A stretch of DNA of 62,041 nucleotides, filler included, from Stramenopiles sp. TOSAG23-6 (taxonomy: Eukaryota): NCBI GenBank assembly GCA_900128565.1. It is 11 parts of 11 records of this genome, joined end to end, with 100 filler letters (N's around TTAATTAATTAA, not from the genome) between each part and the next. Parts side by side here need not be neighbours in the genome. Positions count along the whole stretch, not along the records: positions 45,230 to 50,768 come from LT636887.1; positions 50,869 to 56,405 come from LT636888.1; positions 56,506 to 62,041 come from LT636889.1; 8 more parts are not named here. One strand, written 5' to 3'. Of the stretch, positions 47,149 through 57,978 are shown piece after piece. Both the position numbers and the translations under genes were made by a program. The stretch's first letter is position 1, and each line of letters begins with the position of its first letter. The notes below the pieces were generated by a model. That model did not search any database. It saw only the letters and a program-made list of their open reading frames with translations, and had not been told where the DNA came from.

Positions 47149-48333
47149 ATGGAGGAAAAACAAGATCACAGTCTAGATCCAGAAAAAAATAAACCTAAGA
47201 GTGATTGGGAAAAGTCCTGGGAACAGTTTGAAGAAATACTTAGAAAAGAGGGAATAGTGATTGGGAAGGAGCAAAAGAAAAAAGAATCCCCCCAACATTC
47301 GCTTAAAGCTCGATTTCATAAAAATGAGCATATATTATTGAATGAGTTCAATATGGCTAAGCTAATGATTCAACTAGGATTGCTTCATTGTGACATTGTT
47401 ACCTGCAGCAAAGAAGAAGAAATGAAGAATTTTGAAGATATGATCTTCGAAGTGGATTTACTTCCCATGTTGTTGAAATGGACTTATCGGAACGCAGTGG
47501 ATATAACCTCTACCGTCGAATTACAGAAGACTCTGAAAGACTTTGCAGCAATGAATAAAGCAGAGTATTACAGACTCCTACAAGTAACATGCTTACCATG
47601 TGTTCGAAAATATGTAAAGGATGTCTTTGAGGGTACAAGTCCTAAAGCAGATATAGATTTGCTGAAAATACTCACCAATATTGATGATATCGATTTGATA
47701 ATAAAGGGTACGGCAATTCCCGATAAACGTATATCTGTTGATCGCATGAATATAGCTTCTACTTCTAAATTTATAATGCATCAGGATTTGTCGGGTACAT
47801 ATCAGCCAATTGAAAGGGAATGTTGGGGTTGTATTGAGGATGTTCTTGGTTTTGGTTTTAGGTGGCCATTTTCAATACTTAATGATAAGTTTTTTCTAAA
47901 TGATCTAAAAATAACGCATATTCCTGGTAAATCATTTGTTTGTCAAACACGTTTACCCATGTGTGATGTATCTTTATCAGATGCTCCATCAAAGAAATAT
48001 CTTATAAGTCCACCTTTTGTTTTCGAAACTATATCAGTAGAGACAGTTGAACCTTATTGGCCTATTGAACCTTATGGAATTATCCAAGTAATTGTTTGCC
48101 TTTTATCAATGAAAGAAGTGGATGAACTCGTGAAAAAGAGGTTGATTCCACGTACAGGTTTGCGTCACCTGATGCAGAGGAAAATGATAAAGGGTACACT
48201 GGAAAATACAAAACTTTGTCTTCGTTGGCATACGGGTCTTAAGGGGTATATGCACTTTCAAGCTCGATATGTTCGTCCTGATGGGGAATTGTGTCCACAG
48301 CGTAGGATGTATGTATATATGAAGAAAGTTTGA
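47149..48333 (+). CDS. Hypothetical protein
   Basis: Intronless ORF of about 394 aa with normal composition. Confidence 0.7.
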   Translation: MEEKQDHSLDPEKNKPKSDWEKSWEQFEEILRKEGIVIGKEQKKKESPQHSLKARFHKNEHILLNEFNMAKLMIQLGLLHCDIVTCSKEEEMKNFEDMIFEVDLLPMLLKWTYRNAVDITSTVELQKTLKDFAAMNKAEYYRLLQVTCLPCVRKYVKDVFEGTSPKADIDLLKILTNIDDIDLIIKGTAIPDKRISVDRMNIASTSKFIMHQDLSGTYQPIERECWGCIEDVLGFGFRWPFSILNDKFFLNDLKITHIPGKSFVCQTRLPMCDVSLSDAPSKKYLISPPFVFETISVETVEPYWPIEPYGIIQVIVCLLSMKEVDELVKKRLIPRTGLRHLMQRKMIKGTLENTKLCLRWHTGLKGYMHFQARYVRPDGELCPQRRMYVYMKKV

Positions 48334-48702
48334 GAGAAAGTACATAAGAAAATATTTTTTTGTATTTTTTTCTCATATATCTATTATTCATAATTTAAAT
48401 TTTAGTGGTTAAATTTTTACCCTCCAGGAGGAGGAAATTATTGCAGATTACCCCGAAGAAGCTGAATAAATTCGATATTGTAGATCATCTGAGAAGAAGC
48501 TGAATAAATTTGAAACTTTCGTTTTTTTAACCTATACAAAGCAAAATATATGTGAAAATTACATTGCATATAATTAATACTTTCAATAAAGATCATATTT
48601 TTTAATTTTTTTTTTTTGAAATAAATTTGAATGTGCTTCCGGTGCTTCCTCACTTATAATCTGTTTGCATAAATCCATAAATCATGCATGCCAGAACTGT
48701 CT

Positions 48703-49335
48703 CTATACTATATTTCCCATAAAAGTTCGCCAACGACTATTGTATTCTTCGGAGCCAGCCGCCATCAGGACATCAACTGCCTCTGTATTACCCCTCAAAG
48801 TGGCTTTTGAAAGGGCAGTATCTCCCAGTTGGTCCACCTCGTTGATATCAATGCCAATTTCAAGTAATATTTTTATCATTGCAACGTCATTTTTTTCTGC
48901 GGCTTCAATAAGTGGTGTGTTACTCAGCAACTTATTGAACATAGTATACTGCTTGAACGGTAGTTCCTTTCGAAATCCAATGAAATTAGAAATTCTCTGT
49001 GATAGCATACATCTCCCATATCCTAAGTCTTTTAAGTAGAATGGCATGACTTTTAGTTCTTGCATATAGTCGATGTATCGTTTGTTTTTTTCATCAATCA
49101 AATCTTTGATTGGAACTACTCGAGTGCGGCATGACAACGCAAGAATAGAGCACAGCACTGCAATGAGGCCTAAAAATACAATGATAAGCATCACTCTGGT
49201 CACCATCGTCAAAACTGAATTTCGATGCATGATATTGAATACCCTATAGGTACCTAGAGCTAGAAAGTCAAGGACTACAGAGACCGCCACTGCGGCAAAT
49301 AAAAGTTGGACCTCAAACGCCTGACTGTTGACCAC
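48703..49335 (-). CDS. Membrane protein with ankyrin repeats
   Basis: Two TM segments, then TPLIEAAEKNDVAMIKILLEIGIDINEVDQLGDTALSKA; start codon uncertain. Confidence 0.75.
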   Translation of the reverse strand: MVNSQAFEVQLLFAAVAVSVVLDFLALGTYRVFNIMHRNSVLTMVTRVMLIIVFLGLIAVLCSILALSCRTRVVPIKDLIDEKNKRYIDYMQELKVMPFYLKDLGYGRCMLSQRISNFIGFRKELPFKQYTMFNKLLSNTPLIEAAEKNDVAMIKILLEIGIDINEVDQLGDTALSKATLRGNTEAVDVLMAAGSEEYNSRWRTFMGNIV

Positions 49336-49640
49336 TAGTGTCTGAAGCAGCGGATCCCGACTCTAGAAAATTTCAACTTTAGGTTGTATGAAAGGCTTGA
49401 CGACTACAATCTTACAAACCCAACCAAAATGAACATTGTCTTCTTCCGCTGTGGAAACGCTGCTGTGTGTGTGCAACTGTAGTAAAAAATCTACAGGTAG
49501 CAAAAACAATTTTTTTTTTCGGAGATTATAATTTTTTGTCGATCTATCATGCAGTCGCGACGGAGGCTTTTCATACATTTTGGATACGATTTACCGATTT
49601 ACACAATTGAATCGCGAATTCATCTGGCAGCAACAGAGAG

Positions 49641-50683
49641 ATGTTTTCTTTGCGTTTTAGTTATCCAATCCTATTAAATTATGCTTTATTAATTCTTGCA
49701 AGTACTAAAACAAACGCTGAAATTAGCATAATCTGCCCAGGTGCGATACATTCCAAGGAAGTGTTGACCACAAAAGCATGTTGCGATGTATTACAGGCTA
49801 TCAACGAATCACTCTTCTATAAACCAATTTCCCAATTTAACACAGAGCTTCCACCCGCCTGTCACGATGTAAACAAACTTACTGAAGTTATTGATGGGTT
49901 TACATTGCATTGTGGAAAAGCTGACTTGGATTGCAACTTTGGAGATGCAGATAATGAGGATACATCTCAATATGAACCGACAGCAAGACATATCTTTACA
50001 AAGTTTCAAAATGCAGGATTTTTACCTCAATGTCCATCGCTTCAACCTCTTCAATCTGTAGAGGGTTTGTGTAAGCATAGATTATGTGAAGGAGTTAGTG
50101 GTGAAAATGTGTTTACCAGTAATCGGTGTTGTGCTACTCTTGAAACCGCAAAGCCTTTGGTGAAGGGGCTTACTGATATCCATAATAGTGATAGTTCCAC
50201 TATTACGAGTAAGTTGTTCTTATTTTATTATTATGTATTTTACGTAAAATCGTATAAATTTAATACTGAAACTCTTTTTCAACGTTTTTCAGTCTTTTTC
50301 AAACTAACTAACTCTTCATCAATTATGCACATATTATTTATACATTACAGAAATTAAACAAATTCAACAAATATGCAATGCTCCTGAAGATACAATTGGT
50401 ACATTTGTTACGTCATATTATGAGACATGTGGTGCAGCAGAACAGCAGTGTAAATTTATGTCAAAAAGAAACAAAGGATGAATGTTTCAATTTCGAATTT
50501 ATTTTTTTCCTAAAAAACATTTCGTACGTACCTACTAACAAATTTCATATTTTTGAAATATTTTTTATTATGCATCTTCGGTATATAAATCGAATGCAAA
50601 GCATCTTGTAGATCTAATCCATGGCTTGAAAAGGATGGAAAATTGTCACATGATCCGGCCACTAGAAAATATTCAAACTTTAT
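49641..50683 (+). CDS. Secreted Cys-rich protein, 3'-partial; exons 49641-50208, 50351-50479, 50576-50683
   Basis: Signal peptide; junctions IT|KIKQ and NKG|SSVY keep an open frame. Confidence 0.7.
50209..50350 (+). other. Conventional GT-AG spliceosomal intron (not of the repeat family)
   Basis: GTAAGT...AACTAACTAAC...TTACAG; frame restored; no family motifs. Confidence 0.8.
50480..50575 (+). mobile_element. Introner-like intron, GA..AT
   Basis: ggat|GAATGTTTC...TTTCGTACGTACCTACTAAC...TATTATGCAT|ct; the unspliced frame hits TGA. Confidence 0.78.
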
Positions 50684-50916
50684 GTACGTTTTCATTTAAT
50701 TTTTTTGTCTAAATTTTTTTTCATACGAAATTTTGTACCTAACAAATTTTAGTTTTTTTTTTTGAAATNNNNNNNNNNNNNNNNNNNNNNNNNNNNNNNN
50801 NNNNNNNNNNNNTTAATTAATTAANNNNNNNNNNNNNNNNNNNNNNNNNNNNNNNNNNNNNNNNNNNNAAATTTCGTACGAAAAAACATTCGAATTTGAA
50901 AAAAAATAAAACATAC

Positions 50917-51760
50917 ATGTTTCCAAGACATCAGTGACTGTAGTTAAACGCGATATCATTGATCTCATTTCGGCAATATTAATACCACCCGAAATATCAG
51001 AATCTGTATAATTTTTCAGTACACCTTCTCCATCGCCCTTATATTTGTCAAAATGTTTGGGGATTTCCGATGAGTTGTTTGATACAAATTTGTTTCGAAT
51101 AGATTTTTTTTTTGTACTTTTTTTTGTACTATTTTTGTCTATAAAGTTACTACTATTTAAAGAGTCATTTGATATAGGACTTTTTGTCTCAGCAAGAGAT
51201 ACTTTATGTATACCATTACCTGCTCGATATTCACCAGGATAGATATCAAAGTTAGTATCATGGAGTTTTGAATTATTTTTATTTGAGCTCGTCTTCATTT
51301 CACTCTTTTCTATTCTCTCTCGGCCATAGAGAGACAGAGAAAATTGCTGCAATTCAAAAATAAATTCCTCATATTGAATATGTCCACGACCATATCTATC
51401 GTAGTAATGTATTAAACAATCAATATCGTTATCTACGATAGGAATCAACTTGCGTAGTGTATATTCAAAGTCCTCATTCGATAACCAACCAGTCTTTTCT
51501 GTGTCAAATCGTTCGAATTCAGCGAGTAAACTTTTTCTATCAAATAAGTATGATTGAGCTTCTAATGCATGACGTACCTTTTTCAAGACATTTAATCGAT
51601 TATACGGTATTTCAATTTGATCATCTGATATAAATCTGTTTCTTCCAAGTGTATATTCCTTTCGATTCTGTGACATATTCGTGCTGTCATTACTTCGGAG
51701 ACTGTCACTGAATCGTGTAGATACTCTGCGCCAACTAGGAGCGTAACTTTTGTGTTCCAT
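50917..51760 (-). CDS. EF-hand protein, 3'-partial
   Basis: FDTEKTGWLSNEDF and YDRYGRGHIQYEEF; ends at an intron-family 5' end at 50916. Confidence 0.8.
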
Positions 51761-52333
51761 CCCTATGCCTTGTGTAAATAGTCACTAATACACGTCTAAA
51801 AACTAAAATGAGTCGTAAAATTTAGTATTATATTGTGATGAAAATTGAATAAAAAATGCACCTCTTTTGTAAACACCTACGCAATACGCGTAAGTAAGCG
51901 AAAGCTGAAGAGTAACAGACACAAAAAAATTCTGACCGCGAAATATTTCCATTTTTTTTTTTCCTCGCGGCTCGAAATAGAAATCTGAAAATCAAAATAA
52001 GCATCAGAGATCCTGTTCTGAAATCGAAGCAATNGGTCAATGATACGCATACAACGATGATTTTCTTCAGATCCCGGGATTAAGATATAATCGTCTTACG
52101 TAGTTATGAAAACGATTATTGTACTGGAAAAAAAAAATATTTACTGGAAAAAAAATTTTTTTTTCGTTTTGTATAATACCAATTTTTGCGCGTAACGAAA
52201 TTTTTAAACGAAAAATCAGGTTATGGAAAAAAAGGCAGGAGTTTTTAGATATAATTGCATCTCCAAGTTTAATAAGCAAACAATATACATATATAGCTTT
52301 AAAAAAAATCCATGGTTGTAACCTATAATTTAT

Positions 52334-52606
52334 TTATTCCTGCATAGCGTCGCCATTTCCATTTTGGTCATTATTTTCTTCGGCACTACGAACATAAACA
52401 ACATTATTACAGCGAATCAAAACTTCACCAAGCGCCCCAGCAAACTTATCTCCAACAAATTCTTCTGCATCAGTCAATTGAAGATTCATGTAATTATCGA
52501 CACTCATCAAGTAACCTTTATACTCCATTCCCCACTTTAGCTTGACTATCACCTGTTTCCCTGTCAATCCGTTGAGAAAGGGCTTTGGGTTAATAATTAG
52601 AGCCAT
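52334..52606 (-). CDS. SNRPF: Small nuclear ribonucleoprotein F (SmF)
   Basis: [39 protein letters not shown]...[13 protein letters not shown]; intronless. Confidence 0.97.
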   Translation of the reverse strand: MALIINPKPFLNGLTGKQVIVKLKWGMEYKGYLMSVDNYMNLQLTDAEEFVGDKFAGALGEVLIRCNNVVYVRSAEENNDQNGNGDAMQE

Positions 52607-52948
52607 TCTTGTTTATAGTATGTGGATAAGGGGTTGTCTAATCAACGTATGTGATTGAATCCAAGTTTATTATCCTTGTAATAGCGATATTCAACAGGAT
52701 TAAGTGTGAGACTCAATGCGAAGGAGGTATTAGGCTCGTGAAAACTTGTGTGTGTGTGAGATTCTTCTGTTCGTTCCGATTTTTTTTTTGACGTGAACTC
52801 GTGAACGAGTCACTTTTTTTTTCATATGGATTTCGTGTTTTTTGTTTGTTGGCGTTGAAAAAATAACCGATGAGTGAGAAGCTATAACTACTGTACTAGT
52901 AGTGTAGAACAAGATATTTTGGAATTCTTCTAAACATTTGAGTTCGAA

Positions 52949-55900
52949 ATGGTCCTTCCCGGAGTCCCCGTCTTACAGGCATCATTACAAAAACTTTCTC
53001 ATGGGTCAAATGACAAACTAAGTAGCTGGGACACTCACTTCTTCCGCACAAATGTGAGTAGTCGAAGTCTCGAATATTACAAAAATGAAACGGCCCCATC
53101 AGGGAAAATGCTTGGGTCAATACCGCTTGAGGATATTCAAGCAATCACTCGAGTTGATCAGCGACATTTTGTCTTGAAAATAAATTTATTGTTGGGTTCA
53201 GAAACGCCAGAAACGTCTAAATATTGGTTGGATAAGCTAGAGGGATTTATTCACGAGAATGCCGCACACCAATGTGGACAAGCTGTAGTGAATGCTCGAA
53301 AAGATGTGGAAATGAAGAACAAAGCTGCACGTTCAGTTGAAGGCCCAGCAACGCGACCATCACGCCGTCGCTCACGAAAACTCCATAAAAGATTAAGCTC
53401 TAAAATTGGAAAAGTTGGAGCTAAAGCTGCAAGTAAAGTGAAGGGTGGAGTGACTAGAGGTTCTCACATTGTTGCGAAGCATGCAGATAATTTCGTGTCG
53501 AATTCTCGCGCAACAAAAGGTTTGAGAAATGCTGTAAAGAGTATTGATAATTCTTCACACATTAAAAAAATACGAAATGCTGGGCATATGGCAACAATTG
53601 CTTTTATGGGTTCACCAGACGACATTGGTGGAATTACTTTTGAGGAATTTAGACGTTGGTATCTTGAAACACAAGTTGATGAAGATATGAGATATATTCA
53701 AGAAAAAAATAAGGATAACAAAAATGCTAATCAGGCTGGTTATATGTATAACTTATTTCAAAGGTTTGACGAAGATAATTCTGGTACGCTTGAGAAGGAA
53801 GAAGTTCGAAAACTTTTGAAAATGCTTGGAAAGAAATCAACAGGTTTATTTCGCTTGAAAAGGTCCAAATTAGATGCGGCCTTTGCAGAGATGGATTCAG
53901 ATTGTTCTGGAATGATAAGTTTTGACGAGTTTGTCGACTGGTGGCAGTGGAAGCATCCTGAAGAAAAAGTTGAATGTATGTTTTATTTTTTTCAAATTCG
54001 ATTTTTTTTTCGTACGAAATTTTGTACCCAACGATTTTTTTTTGAAATATTTTTCCAAAATACATGGACTGTAGATCAACGTATTAAATATTTGTTTGAT
54101 AAAATTGATACGGATAATTCAAATTTACTAGAGAAAAAAGAAGTTAGAAAATTATCTAAACTTTTAGGTAATCGACTCACATCCATGTGGAAAGGGCAAG
54201 ATGCTTTAGACCGTGCGTATCAAGAAATGGCATCTAAAAGGCCAGAAAGAATGCCGGACTTTGAGGATGATGCTGTGGATGAGACGAAAAGCAGTGATAT
54301 AGATGATGCCGATGATGCCGAAGATGTTATGGATGAATCTAAGAATAGTGAAATTTATGAAGAATCTAAGCAAGTGAATAATAATGAATTGGATACAAAC
54401 GTAGACAAGGAAGCAAATCAAACAAGCATTGCAAACAAAAATGCTGCTACTAAGAAGGAAAGTAGTCCTCGAACTGTTAGACAAAGGAATATTTATGCTG
54501 ATTTTCCATCCTCAATCAGTGAACGAGTTGAAAAGAAAAGTTCAAAGAAGAAGAAAAAGAAAGCGAAACAGTCAAAGGTGGTTAAGAAATCAGTAAAAAC
54601 AAAACAAAATATGAAAGACGAAAGTCCGCCAATGACACCAGCGCCACCTACGAAGCCATATACACCAGATGGATCAAAAACCAAAACAAGACTCCCACCA
54701 AATACAAATCAAATTTCAAGTGAACTAACTTTCGATGAAAAGATACCAAAGCAGAAAATTTCAACCAAAGAGGTTTCAAATGAAAAACCAACAAAGCGGA
54801 AAACTTCAACTGAAAAAACAACAAAGCGTAAAACTTCAAATGAAAAAACAACAAAGCGGAAAACTTCAAATGAAAAACCAACGAAGCGGAAAACTTCAAA
54901 TGAAAAAACAACAAAGCGGAAAACTTCAACCGAAGAAATTTCAAACGAAAAACCAACGAAGTTGAAAACTTCAACTGAAGAAATTTCAAATGAAAAAGTT
55001 TTAAATAAAAAAAAACAACAAACTCCAAAGACATTTGATGAAATATCTAAAGAATTAACAAAGTTCTACCACCGTTACGCACCTGATCGAGTTCACAAGG
55101 TACCTAAAGTATTGAAAAAATACAAAGGCAAGGAAGGCATTCTATACGACATGTACAAGAAAAAGTACGGCGATGCTCCAGATATTCTACTTCATTTGAA
55201 AAACGAGATGGTGGAGGATGATATAAAAGCCATAGAACCAGCAAAAACAACAAACAAAGTACAAAAGAGTTATAAAAAAGATCCACCAGTCCCCCCTCCG
55301 ACTGCAGCGGTAAGTATTTCAAATAAAATTACGAAAGCACCACCAGTACTACCTGTTGACAGTACACCACCAAGCAGTATAATTGAGAAGGATCATTCAG
55401 TAGAGGACAGTGAAACAATGGGGGATAGCTTGTCATTTACTGCAAATCAACACCAAGATGACAATAATGGGGAGGAGGATGGTGAGGAGGAGGAAGATGG
55501 TGAAGATGATGTTGATAAGGAGGATGGTGGTGATGAGGAGGATGATGAAAAGGAAGAAGATGGTGGAGAAAATGATGGAGAAGATGATGTGGAAGATGAT
55601 GGAGAAGATGGTGGGGAAGATGATGGGGAAGATGGGGAAGATGATGTCGGAGGATCTTGGGATGATGAACCAGAACAAGAGAAATTGCTTCAAAGTAATC
55701 AGGAGGATTCTAAAACAATACGCAATGTAAAAGAGTACGTAAATAATCAATATTCTGAAAGTGACCACGAAGATGATGTAGTCAAAGAATCTGAAGTAAA
55801 ATATACAGAACCTGAGTCTGAAGAATCTGAATCTGAAGAGGGTGGTTCATGGGATGATGAAGATGATGATGATAATGATAATGATGATGATGAAAATAAT

Positions 55901-56350
55901 GATAAATTTGATGATAAAGTTGATGATGATGACGATGATGACGATAAAGTGGATTATGAAAATAATGATAAAGTTGATGATGAAAATAATGATAAAGATG
56001 GCGCTGAGGATAAAAGAAGCCACGAAGAAGAATATGATGAAAATGAGTCATCTATGAGTAGTATCCCTGATATACAAAATGAAGCATCAATGAGTAGTAT
56101 CCCTGATATACAAAATGAAGCATCAATGAGTAGTATACCTGATATACAAAATGAAGCATCAATGAGTAGTATCCCTGATATACAAAATGAAAAAAGTATA
56201 GAGACAAATGAAAAAGCATCAGACACTTCTACCCAAGACGACAAAATAGATGATCCACCAGCCATCATTCAGTTTTGTGAAGGTGACCATGTAGTTGTTT
56301 ATGATCCCGATTTTCGTGACCAGCGAAATCCTCCATCAGATTGGAAGCGT
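52949..56350 (+). CDS. PH-domain + EF-hand protein with an acidic low-complexity tail, 3'-partial; exons 52949-53975 and 54066-56350
   Basis: PH-like LQKL..WDTHFF..LEYYK..LGSIPL..W; EF hands FDEDNSGTLEKEE, MDSDCSGMISFDEF and IDTDNSNLLEKKE. Confidence 0.8.
53976..54065 (+). mobile_element. Introner-like intron, GT..AT, 90 nt and stop-free in frame
   Basis: gaat|GTATGTTTT...CCAAAATACAT|gg; the ORF track reads through it as an Phe-rich insert. Confidence 0.88.
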
Positions 56351-56505
56351 GTATGTTTTATATGAATTTCTAATTTATTTTTTTTTCATACGAAATTTCG
56401 TACCTNNNNNNNNNNNNNNNNNNNNNNNNNNNNNNNNNNNNNNNNNNNNTTAATTAATTAANNNNNNNNNNNNNNNNNNNNNNNNNNNNNNNNNNNNNNN
56501 NNNNN

Positions 56506-57494
56506 CCACCAAATGCACCAGCTCCACCACGACCAAATGCACCACCACCAGTAGCTTGGAGATGATTGGGTGTTTGTTGTTGTTGAGCTGAAGCAGTAGA
56601 AGCACCAAGAGAATGAGCAAGAGCACCAACTCCGGAACCATCCGAAAGTTGATTACCATGACCAAGATGCAAGAGAAGTGCATCTAACGGTAAAAGTGCT
56701 AAAGCGCTTCCATTACCATAGGCTGATAAGTCTCCATTTCCCTTGTCCGCACGAGCTTTTGCAATATCCAAAGCTCTCATTAGATTACTGTAGTTGGAAT
56801 GATGTGCAAGAGTTATTTCCCTTTTTAGCCTTTCATAATCTTCGTTATTATCATACAGTACATGATAAGCACCAGCACGACGAGTAATTCCATCACCGCC
56901 TCCACCAGCAGCAGTTGCAGACACATTTTGTTGCTGTTGAGTGATGTGAGGGTCTTGATTTTGTCGTTGTTGAGTGATGTGAGGGTTTTGGTTATTACAC
57001 ATCTCACACTTTATATTTGTCATCTTTTGTATAAAAGTACACANACTACANTGCCAATCTGCTGTTGTTGNTGTAGAAGAAGCCGAAGCACTACCTGCAG
57101 CGCCACCCCCAGCAGAAGCAGCAGCATACGGAACCGCTACCGGAGCTCCACTACCACTACGACGACTTCCAGNTTTTCCAAAACTAGCAGCAGTTCCAGA
57201 CAATGAAGTTTTAGCAGCCACCGCACCAGATGGAATTCCAATTGAAGCTTGTGTATGCGTTTGTNATGACTGCACTGGNAATGCTTGTTGTGCGGACCCG
57301 GNCAACGTGCGTAAAAATTCAACATCATCATCAGTCGAAGAAGAAGGACTGTTTTGCCCTGNANCAGTCAAGTCAATAGGCGTGTTTGTCCCGTTGTCAC
57401 CACTTAGANTANTAGCGCCATTACTGGTAATAATACATACGGAAAGAGTAATCAATACGCTTAGTATCGTATTAATACAACAATGTCTTTTCAT
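56506..57494 (-). CDS. RanBP2-finger signal-peptide protein (second copy)
   Basis: Identical to 22636-23624. Confidence 0.7.
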
Positions 57495-57978
57495 ATTCAC
57501 AGATTATTACTTTGATGTAATGTAGTTACTGTATTCAAATGTTTGCACAGTCTCGCGCACACGCAAATCAGAACAAGTTTGGTTTCAATATTGTCAGGTA
57601 GTTCCTGGCGCGTCATACATGGACGCGCACAAAATATAGTCAGCCAGTTCCTTGGTCAGCTGACATTTTATATACGAAAATTGTTACCTAATATACGTTA
57701 AAACTTTGAACGACACACACACACAAACAAACTGCTAAAAAAAGTAGCAGGTTTGTGTCTGTGAAAATAAAATTCAAAAATTCTCTGCATTTTTCTTTCA
57801 CATTATTTTNACTCACTTGCTATTTTTATTTACAAAACCAAGCGAACAAACAAAATGTACAATGTTGATTTTATTTAAAAAATATATAAAAAAAATATAA
57901 AATTTCAAAAATATCAAAAATATAAAATCAACTTATCATGGCTTTTCTTCCCAATGGCAGAGTAAAATCATAACATTA

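Noticed and set aside
2278-56405. Inserts as ciliate-type IESs excised from DNA, or as CRISPR repeats
   Set aside because: Strict sense orientation, a GTATGT donor-like start and a branch-like motif point to RNA splicing. They are dispersed in eukaryotic genes with no spacer array or cas genes. DNA-level excision is unlikely but not formally excluded.
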